Shown: positions 21,296 through 31,735 of the stretch, in pieces
Layout of the letters: every line of letters starts with the position of its first letter
Position numbering within the stretch: the stretch's first letter is position 1
Notes under the pieces: generated by a model
Told to the model about the DNA's origin: nothing
The model's database searches: none
Seen by the model: the letters and a program-made list of their open reading frames with translations, nothing else
Source of the DNA: Halodesulfurarchaeum sp.
GTDB taxonomy: Archaea; Halobacteriota; Halobacteria; Halobacteriales; Halobacteriaceae
Direction: 5' to 3'
Assembly (NCBI GenBank): GCA_034520565.1
Contig: JAXHNL010000002.1
Location: forward strand, 320,001 to 384,000
DNA: 64,000 nt
Position numbers and translations under genes: made by a program

Positions 21296-22258
21296 CTACG
21301 AGTCCGGCGACCCGCCCCGGGAGCGAATCAAATCGCGGAATTCGTCGGAGTCCTCGACGTCGTCGGCTTCCTCGCGCTCGATGATGGCCGTCCCCTCGAT
21401 CGATTCGGACTGGGCCTCGTCCACGAAGTAGACCGAGCGGGTGTGAATGACCTCCCGGAGCGAGCCCATGATCCGGGCGCGCTTGATCGCCGCGTCGGTA
21501 AACGCGGAATGGCCGGTGATGAGCGGCTCGCCGCCGCTCGTCTCCTCGCTGACCGCCTTGAACGGGGCCCGCACCGTCGGATGGACCTCGAACCCGACTC
21601 GGGTGAGCATCGCGACGATCGGGCGGTCCGCCGGATCGGCGTCGGGATCCTCGGGGGTCGGTTCGGCTTCGTGGACGTCCTCGGCGCCGTCGAGGACCGA
21701 CACCGGACTGGTGAGGTCCTGATCGAAGAGTTCGTCGAGATGAGCGGCGACCTCGACGCTGGCGTTCATGCCGTCCTCGTACTTCGAGACCGTTCGCCGG
21801 GAAACACCCAGTTCCGAGGCGAGCCGCCCCAGGCTCCAGCCCCGCTCCTCGCGCTCGTCCGCGAGCACGTCGCCGTCGATGTTGACGTAGAGCCCGCCCG
21901 GGGCGGCGTAAATCAGGGGCGGCACGCCGTGGACGAACAGGTCCATCGCGGTGTCCGGGTTGAGCACCGGGACGCCGTGTCTGAAGTAGACGACGCCGGG
22001 GTCGAGGTCCTCGTCGCGGGTCCGGAGCCCGATGACCACCGGGGTTCCACGGAGGTAGGTGCCGAGCCGGCGCATCTCCCGCCCCGTCGGCCCGTCGAAG
22101 GCGTCGATGTTGCCCAGGATCTTCACGAGGAGGAGGTCCTGGTCCCGCCTGGCGGCCAGATCGAAGCTCTTCGGGCGGGTCGAACACCGGTCGCTCACCG
22201 CAAAGCCCGCGTCGGATAGCATCGCGGTGATGTTGTCGATGAGCGCCGATCGTGACAT
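21296..22258 (-). CDS. Conserved archaeal Cro/C1-type HTH regulator (COG1395-like)
   Basis: [37 protein letters not shown]; divergent from tiaS. Confidence 0.88.
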   Translation of the reverse strand: MSRSALIDNITAMLSDAGFAVSDRCSTRPKSFDLAARRDQDLLLVKILGNIDAFDGPTGREMRRLGTYLRGTPVVIGLRTRDEDLDPGVVYFRHGVPVLNPDTAMDLFVHGVPPLIYAAPGGLYVNIDGDVLADEREERGWSLGRLASELGVSRRTVSKYEDGMNASVEVAAHLDELFDQDLTSPVSVLDGAEDVHEAEPTPEDPDADPADRPIVAMLTRVGFEVHPTVRAPFKAVSEETSGGEPLITGHSAFTDAAIKRARIMGSLREVIHTRSVYFVDEAQSESIEGTAIIEREEADDVEDSDEFRDLIRSRGGSPDS

Positions 22259-22390
22259 TACGGGACCGTAGGGTACTCCGGCCCTATATACGTTGTGGGC
22301 GGTAGCCGGCGTTTGCGGGCGGTTTGGCGGGTGGACCGCAAACAAGCAAGTCGCGGGCCGCTTAAGGGGACCGGCCACCAACCGCCTGCC

Positions 22391-23650
22391 GTGACCGTCC
22401 TCGCGCTCGACGACACGGACTCCCGCGAGAAGGGAATGTGCACGACTTACGTCACGACCCGGGTCGCCGAGGCGCTCCGCCGGGGAGGGGCCCACATCGA
22501 GCGGCTCCGGTTGCTGCGGCTCAACCCGGCGGTGGAGTACAAGACGCGGGGGAACGCCGCACTCGCGATCCACACCGACGCGGCTCCCGAGACCGCCGTC
22601 GAGGTGGCCAAGGGAGTCGTGACGTCCCTGGCAGTCCTCGAAGACGAGCGGACCAATCCGGGGATCGTCGCCGCCCCGGAACCGATCGAGCCGGCGGTGA
22701 AGACCTTCGGAAAACGGGCGATCCGGGAGATCCTCGACCGCGAGCGAGCCACGGCGCTGATCGACGCGGCAGGGTACCCGAGTGCCGGCTGGAAGGACGA
22801 GCGGGGGAAGATCGGCGCGCTGGCGGCTATCGGAGCCAGCGCGACCCTCACCGAGTGGACCTACGAGTACATCGCCTACCGGGAGCCGACCCGATGGGGG
22901 ACTCCCCGCGACGTCGATCACGAGTCGGTCTTTACCGCCGCCGAGGCGGGCTATCCGACAGTCTGGGATACCGTCGACCGGGGCGAAGACGAGGCGGTTT
23001 GTGTGCCGAACGCCCCCGGTCCGATCCTGTATGGAATCAGAGGGGATGACCCCCACGCGGTCGCCCGTGTCGCTGCCGGGATCGAGTCGGAGCCGGTCCA
23101 CGCGCAGGCGCTCTTCGAGACGAACCAGGGGACCGACGTGCACCTTCGTGACGCGGCGGTGGCAGACGTGCAGGACGGGCGAGCCTACCGGGTAACCGGT
23201 CGGGTGATCGAAGCCCCCGAAACCGGGACCGGTGGCCACGTCTTCGTGACGATCGCGGATGAAACGGGGCGGCTCCCGTGTGTCGCCTTCGAGCCGACCA
23301 AGCGGTTCCGCGACCGCGTCCGGGCACTCCGGGTCGGCGACCGGGTCACCGTCGCGGGAGAAGTCGGGGACGGGACGCTCAAACTCGAGAAGTTCGCCGT
23401 TCGGGATTTGATCGAGGCGGAAACCGTGACGCCGACGTGTCCGTCCTGCGGCCGCCGGATGAAGAGTGCCGGCGCCGGGCAGGGCTACCGGTGTCGGGAC
23501 TGTGGCACCGCGGCAGCGGGGAAGGCACTCGCCGATCTCGACCGCACCCTCGAACCGGGCTGGTACGAGGTCCCGCCGTGTGCCCGCCGCCACATCGCCA
23601 AGCCGCTCGTTCGAGGCGGGTTTGACGCGCCGGTGCATCCCGAGCGGTAA
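22391..23650 (+). CDS. tiaS: tRNA(Ile2) 2-agmatinylcytidine synthetase
   Basis: [33 protein letters not shown] fold, CxxC...CxxC, RRHIAKP. Confidence 0.95.
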   Translation: MTVLALDDTDSREKGMCTTYVTTRVAEALRRGGAHIERLRLLRLNPAVEYKTRGNAALAIHTDAAPETAVEVAKGVVTSLAVLEDERTNPGIVAAPEPIEPAVKTFGKRAIREILDRERATALIDAAGYPSAGWKDERGKIGALAAIGASATLTEWTYEYIAYREPTRWGTPRDVDHESVFTAAEAGYPTVWDTVDRGEDEAVCVPNAPGPILYGIRGDDPHAVARVAAGIESEPVHAQALFETNQGTDVHLRDAAVADVQDGRAYRVTGRVIEAPETGTGGHVFVTIADETGRLPCVAFEPTKRFRDRVRALRVGDRVTVAGEVGDGTLKLEKFAVRDLIEAETVTPTCPSCGRRMKSAGAGQGYRCRDCGTAAAGKALADLDRTLEPGWYEVPPCARRHIAKPLVRGGFDAPVHPER

Positions 23651-23677
23651 GCCGGTGTCCCGAGCGGTAAGCCGGTG
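23638..23677 (+). repeat. Perfect 20-bp tandem duplication spanning the tiaS stop
   Basis: TCCCGAGCGGTAAGCCGGTG x2. Confidence 0.8.
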
Positions 23678-23891
23678 TTTCTCAAGCGATGATTTCTGGG
23701 CTCCGAAACGTCCGGAAACTGTCAATTTGACGGGTACTTGAATGGCGTCGGACGCGTGGCGGACGAACCCGCCAGCCCAGCGTCCGTCAGCGTTTCACAG
23801 GGGCTGAGAAACGCCGGCGTCCTTCCTCGAAACCCCTTTATGTGATGATAAACCGTGCACTTACAAACCGTTCCGCCTCGTAGGGTGTGGT

Positions 23892-24077
23892 ATGTCCCGT
23901 CATTCCGGTACGTATGAGGGGGACAGCGAGCGCGGGGACCTCGCCCACCGGATCGAGGATTACGCGGGCGGCGCGGAGTGTACACTCTACCCCATGAGCT
24001 GTGACGAGGACGCCCTCATGACCCGCTGGCTGACGGCCGAAGAGGGAGCGTTCGTCGACCTCGCCGACATGCGATAG
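23892..24077 (+). CDS. Small conserved haloarchaeal protein
   Basis: CTLYP...TRWLTAEEGAFVDL pattern; AT-rich promoter region upstream. Confidence 0.65.
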   Translation: MSRHSGTYEGDSERGDLAHRIEDYAGGAECTLYPMSCDEDALMTRWLTAEEGAFVDLADMR

Positions 24078-24091
24078 CCGCCGATCGGCAG

Positions 24092-25189
24092 CTAGTTTTC
24101 GTCGGCCCCGGTTTTCAGCCCGCTCCCGGTGAGCGGAACCACGACGTCGGCAGCGGGATCCAGGCCACGCTTTCGGTACGCCTCGAGTCCAGCGACCGCG
24201 ACGGCACTCGTCGGTTCGACGTGAAATCCGGCCCGGTGGAGCTCGTGCCACGCAGCGCGAGTGGCCGCCTCGTCGACCGCGATGACGGTCCCCCCGGTCT
24301 CCTGAACCGCCCGCCTGATCTCCCGTTCCCTGACCGGATCGGCGATCTGGATGCCGTCGGCGAGGTCGTTCCGGACGGCCTCGGGCCGCTCTTCGCCCAG
24401 GGACGACGCGATCGGTGCCACACCCGTGGCTTGCACGCCCAGGAGGCGTGGGATGGCATCCGTCCAGCCGGCCGCCTCCAGGGCCGAAAAGCCCCTGTAG
24501 AGGCCGAGGAAGAGCGTCCCGTGCCCGACCGGGACGACGAGTGCATCCGGCACCTCGAAGCTCCGCTGGACGACGATCTCGTAAGCGGCCGTCGCCGTAC
24601 CGGCGAAGAAGGCGGGATTCCAGGCGTGACTGGCGTACCAGCCCGACCCCGCTTCGACCGCCTCCCGGGCTGCCTCGCTCACGTCCGAGCGACTTCCCGG
24701 TACCTCGACGACGTCCGCCCCGGTGCCAGCGATGGCCGCCCGCTTTGCGAGTTTGACCCCCTCCGGGACGTAAATCTCGGCCGAGATCCCCGCACGGGCC
24801 GCGTACAGCGCGATGGCCGCACCGGCGTTGCCCGAGGAGTCCTCGATCACACAGTCGACGCCGAGGGTCGCTGCACGAGAGAGCGTGGTCGTCGCACCGC
24901 GGTCCTTGAAACTCCCGGAGGGAAAGACGTATTCGAGTTTGAACGAGGCGTTCCATGACGGTGCCTCCACGAGCGGCGTGAACCCCTCACCGAGTGTGAC
25001 CTGCCGCTCGACCGGAAGGAGCGAGTCGAAGGCCCAGAGTCCCCGGTCCCGGTCGAACCGGTCGGGCGGGTCACCGGGCTCGGGAGTGGCGTCGAGTTCC
25101 AGGGGAGCGCCGCAGACACACCGCCACGGTTCCCCGGAGTCGGCTGCGTAAGTTTGGCCGCAGTCGGGACAGACGAGTCCCGGCGGCAT
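24092..25189 (-). CDS. Threonine-synthase-like PLP enzyme
   Basis: CxxC...CxC N-terminus, LGEGFTPL, PSGSFKDRG, SSGNAG, VEPTSA, LTGSGLK. Confidence 0.88.
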   Translation of the reverse strand: MPPGLVCPDCGQTYAADSGEPWRCVCGAPLELDATPEPGDPPDRFDRDRGLWAFDSLLPVERQVTLGEGFTPLVEAPSWNASFKLEYVFPSGSFKDRGATTTLSRAATLGVDCVIEDSSGNAGAAIALYAARAGISAEIYVPEGVKLAKRAAIAGTGADVVEVPGSRSDVSEAAREAVEAGSGWYASHAWNPAFFAGTATAAYEIVVQRSFEVPDALVVPVGHGTLFLGLYRGFSALEAAGWTDAIPRLLGVQATGVAPIASSLGEERPEAVRNDLADGIQIADPVREREIRRAVQETGGTVIAVDEAATRAAWHELHRAGFHVEPTSAVAVAGLEAYRKRGLDPAADVVVPLTGSGLKTGADEN

Positions 25190-26142
25190 CAGTCCTCGAT
25201 CCCCGTTCCAACCGAGCACACGTATTCCCCGGTCGCGGCCTGTGGAAGTCGCCGTGCCCGCCAGAAGATCCCCCCGGTATCGGCCTCCACCCGGGTCTTC
25301 TCGTTCCCGAAGGGGTCGAGCACGACGAACAGTGGCTCGCCGATCTCGACCCGGTCGCCCAGGGACTGTTCGAGCCGAACCAGGCCCCCGACCGGCGACC
25401 CGTATCGGTCGAAGCCGGTGGCCCGGATCTGATCGACCGGGGCCGCGTCGCCCTCGAGGAAGCCGTAGTACTTGAGCACCCGGTTCACGCCCCGAACCCC
25501 CACCTCGATACTTTCCCGGTCCCAGCCGACGGTCCCTCCGAGTTCCGGGTCGATCGTCGGGACGCCGGCGTCCGGGCCGACTCTGGCGAGTTGGCCGTCC
25601 GGGCCCTGCTGGTCGAGGACGTGCCCGGCGTCGAAGACCCGGGCGAGTTCGAGACACTCGTCGTGGAGTCGGTGATGCTGTCCGCACCGGACCCGTGTCT
25701 CGTTTATCATCCGACTCGTCGAGCCCTGGTGAAGGTCGATGACGAGGTCGGCCTCGCGTGCGGGCTGGAACGTCGCGGCGGCGATGCGATCGGAGGAACT
25801 TCCCTCCGGGTCGCCGGGGTAAGCCCGGTTCAGTTTCGTGTCGTCGATCGGATTGCGATGCTCGGCCACCCGGAACCCGTGGATGTTCGCGATGGCGACC
25901 ACCGTGATCGTCCCCGAGATCGCGTCCGGATCGAGCGAGGGAAGCAATCGGGTGAGCACGCCGAGCCCGTTGAGTTCGTCCCCGTCGCTCACGGCCTGAA
26001 GGTGTAGGGTCCGTCCCTCCTCGGCCCCATTGACGACGGCGACCGGAAGTCCCAACGTCGAGCCGTCGCGGGCCTCGCCCACGTCGAGTTCGCCGGTCGC
26101 GATCTCCCCCGGCGCCGCCTCCGCCGTACCCAGCGAATGCAT
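25189..26142 (-). CDS. Succinylglutamate desuccinylase/aspartoacylase (M14) family
   Basis: DGDELNG, LNRAYPG, IDLHQG, PELGG, C-terminal biotinyl-like domain. Confidence 0.88.
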   Translation of the reverse strand: MHSLGTAEAAPGEIATGELDVGEARDGSTLGLPVAVVNGAEEGRTLHLQAVSDGDELNGLGVLTRLLPSLDPDAISGTITVVAIANIHGFRVAEHRNPIDDTKLNRAYPGDPEGSSSDRIAAATFQPAREADLVIDLHQGSTSRMINETRVRCGQHHRLHDECLELARVFDAGHVLDQQGPDGQLARVGPDAGVPTIDPELGGTVGWDRESIEVGVRGVNRVLKYYGFLEGDAAPVDQIRATGFDRYGSPVGGLVRLEQSLGDRVEIGEPLFVVLDPFGNEKTRVEADTGGIFWRARRLPQAATGEYVCSVGTGIED

Positions 26143-26238
26143 TGTCAAAAGTGGCGTCCGCGGGGCCCTTGTACGGTTCGGTCCGGGAAAAGCGGACTCG
26201 ATTGTCGGGTCAGTTCGACCCGAAAACGCCGGCCCCGG

Positions 26239-27441
26239 TTATCGATCCGGTTCAGTCGCGAGGGTCTCGAGGATGTCGGCGCCGCTCCGGGTTCCGTTTG
26301 CCAGTAACACGTCTCCCGCGCGAAGTTCGGTCTTCGGGCCCGGCTGGACTTCCCATTCGTCGCCACCCTCAACCGGTCGGCGGACGGCGATCACGCGCAT
26401 TCCCGTCTCGGTTTTGACCGCCCGCTCCCCGAGGGTGGTGCCATCGAGGGCGCTCCCCGCTTTCACGGTCACCCGCGAGATGACCTCGTCCGATTCCTCG
26501 ACGGCCTCCTGAACCACGACGTGGGAGGTCAGGCCCCGGAGGACGCCTTCGCTGATCTCCAGTGCAGCGTCGCTGATGACTTCCGTGCTCTGGGCGATGT
26601 GGACCAGTCCTCGCAGGGAGACCGGGTCGCTCGACCGGCCGGCGGCCCGGAGGATCCAGGCTTCAAAGCGGGACTTCAGAGCGTCGACCTCGGCCTCGAG
26701 TTCGACGACCTCCTCGGCCAGCTGGTCGCTGTCGTAGAGCACGCTCCCGTAGGCGAGGTCGACCGCCAGTTCGCTCATGTTCTTCATGAGCACGAGCGAG
26801 GAGACCGCCCTGTCGAGGTCCGCGTCCTCGACCTCCGGAATCGACGGGGGCGAGAACGCCTCGCCGCTGGCCCGTTCGTACACCGCGGAAATCCCCGACT
26901 CCGGCCCGCGCAACAGGAGCACGTCCCCCGATTCGAGGGTCGTCTCCGCCTGGGGGTTAAGCACCCAATCCCCGCCGCGGCGGATGGCGATCACCCGGAC
27001 CCCGGTCTCGGTCTCGAGGTTGATGTCGACGAGCGTCCGAGCGGCGTAGGGCGAGTCCGGCTCGACGGTGGCGCGGACGAGGGTCTCGATGGCCACCGGG
27101 AGGGAGGCCCGCATGTCCGCCGGGAGCCCGATGTCATCGAGGACCACTTTCGCAATGTCGCCCGCGGCGTCGCTCACCTTCTCGGCGGCGCCGATGATGC
27201 CCAGCACCGGCGCGAGCGACTCCGCGTCTTCAGGGTTCCGCGCGGCCATCAGGAGGCTCATTCGCGCCCGGATCTGGAGGACGTCCATGCGCTCTTCGAG
27301 TGCCAGCACCTCCTCCGCGATGGCGTCGCTCCCGTGCAGGACCGCCGAGTAGGAGAGGTCGATGAGGAGTTCGGCCGTGTCTTTCATCTCCGCGAGGAGG
27401 TCTTTCACGCTCGCGGGTTCGTAGGCAACACGCCCGGCCAT
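26239..27441 (-). CDS. Tandem (PhoU-like + TrkA-C) x2 protein
   Basis: Duplicated MKDTAELLIDLSY / MKNMSELAVDLAY and ETGVRVIAIRR / ETGMRVIAVRR. Confidence 0.85.
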   Translation of the reverse strand: MAGRVAYEPASVKDLLAEMKDTAELLIDLSYSAVLHGSDAIAEEVLALEERMDVLQIRARMSLLMAARNPEDAESLAPVLGIIGAAEKVSDAAGDIAKVVLDDIGLPADMRASLPVAIETLVRATVEPDSPYAARTLVDINLETETGVRVIAIRRGGDWVLNPQAETTLESGDVLLLRGPESGISAVYERASGEAFSPPSIPEVEDADLDRAVSSLVLMKNMSELAVDLAYGSVLYDSDQLAEEVVELEAEVDALKSRFEAWILRAAGRSSDPVSLRGLVHIAQSTEVISDAALEISEGVLRGLTSHVVVQEAVEESDEVISRVTVKAGSALDGTTLGERAVKTETGMRVIAVRRPVEGGDEWEVQPGPKTELRAGDVLLANGTRSGADILETLATEPDR

Positions 27442-27654
27442 GCTCCGACGTTGGTGCCACCCCTCAAAAAGGGTAGGGGACGGGCAGCGTCGATCGACGG
27501 GGCAGTGACGGCGGCAATATTTATCAGCCGTATTGACAACTGTTCCAAAATCCCGTCTGAGAGCGCGTCTTTCGAACGTTTGTGTGCGGGGCGACGATCC
27601 CATCACGAAAGATATACCCCGACCTATCCCATATCGCGGAAGGTAACGCCATCC

Positions 27655-28806
27655 ATGACAGACGAGCTCAAAAAGGGCCTCGAGGATGTCCTGGTCGCGG
27701 AGTCCGCCCTCAGCGACATCGACGGGGCGCGGGGCGAACTCTCCTACCGCGGCTACCCGATCGACGTGTTGGCGTCGAAGACGACCTATGAGGAGGTCCT
27801 CTACCTCCTCTGGAACGAGGAACTGCCGACGGCGGCGGAACTCGACACCTTCGAATCCGAGATGCGAGAGGCCCGAGCGGTCGGTCCGGGGATTTACGAC
27901 CAGCTGGAGTTACTCGCCGAGTCCGGCGAGCGACCGATCTCGGCGCTTCGCTCCTCTGTCTCGATGCTCTCCGCGGAGGATCCCGTCACGGGTGCGGACC
28001 CGACCGACCTCGACGCGGCCCGGCGCATGGGCCGGCAGATCTCCGCGAAGTTCCCGACCGTGCTGGCCGCCTTCGACCGCCTCCGAAACGGCAAGCAACC
28101 GGTCGAGCCGCGGAGAGATCTCCCCCTGGCGGCGAACTTCCTCTACATGCTCACCGGGACCGAGCCCGATCCGCTTCACGCCGAGATCTTCGACAAGGCG
28201 CTCACCCTCCACGCGGATCACGGGCTCAACGCCTCGACGTTCACCGCCATGGTCGTCGGCTCCACGCTCGCGGACGTCTACAACTGCGTGACGGCCGCGG
28301 TCGCGGCGCTCTCGGGACCGCTCCATGGCGGCGCGAATCAGGAAGTCATGGAGGCCCTGCTCGAGATCGACGAGGGACCGCTTTCGGCCACCGAGTGGAC
28401 CGAGGAGCTGCTCGATTCCGGCAAACGGGTTCCCGGCTGGGGCCACCGGGTCTACGACGTGCTCGACCCACGGGCCGAGATTCTCCGGTCCGAACTCGCC
28501 CGGCTCTCCGAGGCGACCGAGGACTGTCACTGGCTCGAATACCTCGAGGACATCGAGGTCCACCTCACGGAGGTGGTCGGGCTTCCCGAACGGGGCGTCG
28601 CACCCAACGTGGACTTCTACTCGGGAGCGATCTACCACCAGCTCGGCATTCCACTTGACATGTTCACGGCCGTCTTCGCGATGAGCCGATCGACCGGCTG
28701 GATCGGCCACGTCCTCGAGTACCAGCAGGACAACAAACTCATCCGGCCGCGGGGCCGGTACATCGGCCCGAAGAACCGCGAGTTCGTTCCCCTCGAGGAG
28801 CGGTAG
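27655..28806 (+). CDS. citZ: Citrate synthase
   Basis: KGLEDV, LSYRGY, HADHGLNAST, GPLHGGAN, GWGHRVY, PNVDFY. Confidence 0.95.
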   Translation: MTDELKKGLEDVLVAESALSDIDGARGELSYRGYPIDVLASKTTYEEVLYLLWNEELPTAAELDTFESEMREARAVGPGIYDQLELLAESGERPISALRSSVSMLSAEDPVTGADPTDLDAARRMGRQISAKFPTVLAAFDRLRNGKQPVEPRRDLPLAANFLYMLTGTEPDPLHAEIFDKALTLHADHGLNASTFTAMVVGSTLADVYNCVTAAVAALSGPLHGGANQEVMEALLEIDEGPLSATEWTEELLDSGKRVPGWGHRVYDVLDPRAEILRSELARLSEATEDCHWLEYLEDIEVHLTEVVGLPERGVAPNVDFYSGAIYHQLGIPLDMFTAVFAMSRSTGWIGHVLEYQQDNKLIRPRGRYIGPKNREFVPLEER

Positions 28807-28997
28807 GCCCGGCTCGGCGGTGCCGAACGGGTTCGTTTCACGCCCCATGGTAACTCGGGGCAAGATCTGCCGGCTTTCGGCCGAATGACAGCTGTCAGAC
28901 AATCGCGTTTCAGGGCCTGAGACCCCTGCGAACCGGGCCGTTTCACTTTCACCATGCATGCGAATGAATTATAACCCCTCCCTGTATATACCCAGTT

Positions 28998-29075
28998 GCG
29001 GGTCACACGTTCCCAACGTTCCCACCGTTCCCTTCTTCGGCGGATGGCCGACACGCGGGGCCATCCCCACTCTTC
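28998..29075 (+). ncRNA. Candidate small RNA with CGTTCCC repeats
   Basis: GAATGAATTATAA promoter-like element (TTATAA 28969-74) with no plausible CDS; 3x CGTTCCC at 9-nt period, then GGATGGCC/GGCCATCC hairpin. Confidence 0.4.
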
Positions 29076-29185
29076 GAACACGAGCCGCGGCGATATCCGT
29101 TCCCGAGGGGGCGGACGGCCCTATCGCTTGCCCCAAACTGTGGCACATTACAAACCGTTAACAACCCCTGTTACATAGCGGGGAT

Positions 29186-30397
29186 ATGCTCAGTCTCTCC
29201 GACATCGAGGCGGCCCGGGACCGCGTTTCCGACGTGGCCCTGCATACCGCCCTCGAGTCTCAACGGACGTTCTCGGCGATGACGGGGGCGGACGTGCAGT
29301 TGAAGTTCGAAAACACCCAGCGGACGGGTTCGTTCAAGATTCGTGGGGCGACAAACCGAATCAGGAAACTCTCCGAGAGCGAGCGCGAAGCGGGGGTCAT
29401 CACGGCGAGCGCGGGGAACCACGCCCAGGGAGTGGCCCTGGCGGCACAGCGCAGCGACGTGGACGCGCTCATCGTGATGCCCGAGTTCGCGCCGATCTCG
29501 AAGGTCAACGCGACCCGGAGTTACGGGGCCGAAATCGAACTCCACGGCGAGGACTACGCCGACGCCCAGAAGCGGGCCCACGAGCTTGCCGAGGACACCG
29601 GGCGAACCTACGTACACGCCTACGAAGATCCGGCGGTGCAGGCCGGCCAGGGGACGATCGGCCTGGAGATCTTCGAGGACTGCCCGGACGTGGACACCGT
29701 CGTCGTGCCGATCGGCGGCGGGGGGTTGATCGCCGGCATCGCAACCGCGGTCAAGGAACGAAAGCCGTCGACGCGGGTCGTCGGCGTCCAGGCCGAGGGC
29801 GCGGCCACGGTGGCGAACTCGCTCACGAAGGAGGCGACGAACGAACTGGATTCCGTGGACACGATCGCGGACGGCATCGCGACCGGCGCCGTGGGCGAGA
29901 ACACGCTGCCGATCATCGACGAGCGGGTCGACGAGATCGTGACCGTCGACGACAGCGAGATCGCCTCGGCGATGACCCTCCTGCTGGAGCGGGCCAAGAC
30001 CCTCGTCGAGGGGGCCGGAGCCGTCCCGCTCGCCGCGGTCCTCGAGGAGAAGTTCGCCTACGAACCCGAGGAGACGATCGTCACGGTGCTCAGCGGCGGC
30101 AACATCGACCTCAACCTCCTCACGACGGTTCTCAGCCGGGGCCTGGTCGATCGCGGCCGGTTCGTGAAGATCCGGTCGGTCATGAAAGACCGCCCGGGGG
30201 CCCTCCGGGACTTCCTCAACATCGTCGCGGACTCCGGGGCCAACGTCTACGAGATCAACCACGACCGGGCCCGCCAGTCCTTCGCCATCGACGCCACGGA
30301 GATCGAGTTCGACATCGAAACCCGGGGTCACGACCACGTCGACCAGATCCTCGCGGAACTCCGCGAGGCCGGGTTCCCGGTCGAGGTCCGGACCTAG
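29186..30397 (+). CDS. ilvA: Threonine ammonia-lyase with C-terminal ACT domain
   Basis: QRTGSFKIRG, SAGNHAQG, GGGG, EGAGA, SGGNID, DRPG. Confidence 0.95.
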   Translation: MLSLSDIEAARDRVSDVALHTALESQRTFSAMTGADVQLKFENTQRTGSFKIRGATNRIRKLSESEREAGVITASAGNHAQGVALAAQRSDVDALIVMPEFAPISKVNATRSYGAEIELHGEDYADAQKRAHELAEDTGRTYVHAYEDPAVQAGQGTIGLEIFEDCPDVDTVVVPIGGGGLIAGIATAVKERKPSTRVVGVQAEGAATVANSLTKEATNELDSVDTIADGIATGAVGENTLPIIDERVDEIVTVDDSEIASAMTLLLERAKTLVEGAGAVPLAAVLEEKFAYEPEETIVTVLSGGNIDLNLLTTVLSRGLVDRGRFVKIRSVMKDRPGALRDFLNIVADSGANVYEINHDRARQSFAIDATEIEFDIETRGHDHVDQILAELREAGFPVEVRT

Positions 30398-30463
30398 AGG
30401 AGCAGTGGGGTGGCAGAAACAGTTTTGCCTGCATTTATGATCCCCCGCCGAGACCACTCAAGC

Positions 30464-30841
30464 ATGAAGCGGATCATCGACACCCCCGAAGCGCCCGCCG
30501 CCGTCGGCGCGTACAGTCAGGCGACGACGGACGGAAACCTCCTGTTCACCGCCGGCCAGCTTCCGCTGACGGTCGACGGGGAGCTGCTCGACGACGAGCC
30601 GATCGAGATCCAGACCCGCCAGGCCCTCGAGAACGTCAAGGCCATCCTCGAGGAGGAGGGCCTGACGATGCAGGACGTGCTCAAGGTCACCGTCCTCATG
30701 GACGATATCTCCGAGTTCGACGAGATGAACGAGACCTACGCGGAGTACTTCCAGGACAACCCGCCGGCCCGGAGCGCCTTCGAAGTGAGCGAAGTCCCGA
30801 AGGGCGCCAAGATCGAGATCGAAGCGATCGCCGCCCAGTAG
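30464..30841 (+). CDS. ridA: RidA-family enamine/imine deaminase
   Basis: GAYSQ, AGQ, PARS, IEIEAIA; follows ilvA. Confidence 0.93.
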   Translation: MKRIIDTPEAPAAVGAYSQATTDGNLLFTAGQLPLTVDGELLDDEPIEIQTRQALENVKAILEEEGLTMQDVLKVTVLMDDISEFDEMNETYAEYFQDNPPARSAFEVSEVPKGAKIEIEAIAAQ

Positions 30842-30847
30842 ACGGGC

Positions 30848-31051
30848 ATGGACGACCGGACGAAGGCGAGTCTTCTCTGGGGACTCGCTGGTGGCCTCGC
30901 GTTCCTGGTGCTCGTCCAGACCAGTCGGCTCTTCGCGGCGCTGGAACTCGGGCTTCCGCGGTTGGTTCCGGTGGCGGTCGCCGTCTTCGCGGCGACGGCG
31001 GGGCTGGGCTGGCTCGTCGAGGGACGACTGGCACGGAAAAGACAGGTTTAA
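30848..31051 (+). CDS. Small 2-TM hypothetical protein
   Basis: SLLWG...FLVLVQ hydrophobic; co-oriented 6 bp after ridA. Confidence 0.65.
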   Translation: MDDRTKASLLWGLAGGLAFLVLVQTSRLFAALELGLPRLVPVAVAVFAATAGLGWLVEGRLARKRQV

Positions 31052-31079
31052 TTCGCGGCAGTCGGTTAGCAGGAACCGT

Positions 31080-31161
31080 GCCGGGGTGGCCGAATGGCAA
31101 AGCGCACGCCTGGAAAGCGTGTCCCCGTTAGGGGTTCTGGGTTCAAATCCCAGTCCCGGCG
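31080..31161 (+). tRNA. tRNA-Ser(GGA)
   Basis: Acceptor GCCGGGG/TCCCGGC plus discriminator G, anticodon arm CACGC-CTGGAAA-GCGTG, long variable arm CCCC-GTTA-GGGG, T-arm CTGGGTTCAAATCCCAG; CCA not encoded. Confidence 0.96.
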
Positions 31162-31170
31162 TCCACCGAC

Positions 31171-31323
31171 CTTTTGCTATGCGAGGAGCCTCTGGCTCCT
31201 CGCTTGCAAAAGCTCGGCCAAAAGGCGTCCTCACCCCCTCTGGGGGTTCGTCGCCCGGCGCTCCCACTGGTCGCGCCGTGAATTGCGGCCCTCGGGTCCT
31301 GACGGACCGCTCGGCTCGCGAAT
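31171..31323 (-). repeat. Multi-hairpin REP-like element (left flank of cassette)
   Basis: CTTTTGC..GCGAGGAGCC-TCT-GGCTCCTCGC..GCAAAAG, ACCCCC-TCT-GGGGGT, GGTCC-TGAC-GGACC; on the minus strand some stems are closed by C-GA...GA-G. Confidence 0.7.
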
Positions 31324-31683
31324 GCATCGTATATTTGCCACATTTGCAGGTGACTCGATTCGGTCCGTAGCTGCTGTGATGTCCACGAAAATGGGACTCC
31401 TCACGAGAACTTCCGGGGAAGGTAGGCTATCAGAGATTGCCGAGTCGGACAAATGACACCCGCTGATGATCAACACGAATGGACGCCCCGAGCACTACTT
31501 GCATACGGGTGGCAATTACGCCAGAACATCCACTGCCGAATCAAAAGCCGGCTCCCGCTTGACCCCTTTCGAATTGCCACCTGACACCGGCCACATTGCT
31601 ATGGGTTCCTTATCCGAGCAGTGCCGCTAAACGGCCAAGGCCTTTCATCCGGTATGCCCCAATCCTCAACCGAGTCGGCCGAG

Positions 31684-31733
31684 TGTTGCAGAATGCCGAA
31701 GTAATTTATATAATGCTTCGCTAGTATGCAACA
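31684..31733 (+). promoter_or_regulatory. Promoter with 18-bp imperfect inverted repeat around the TATA box
   Basis: TGTTGCAGAATGCCGAAG - TAATTTATATAATG - CTTCGCTAGTATGCAACA (14/18 complementary), ending 2 nt before ATG 31736. Confidence 0.75.
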
Positions 31734-31735
31734 GC

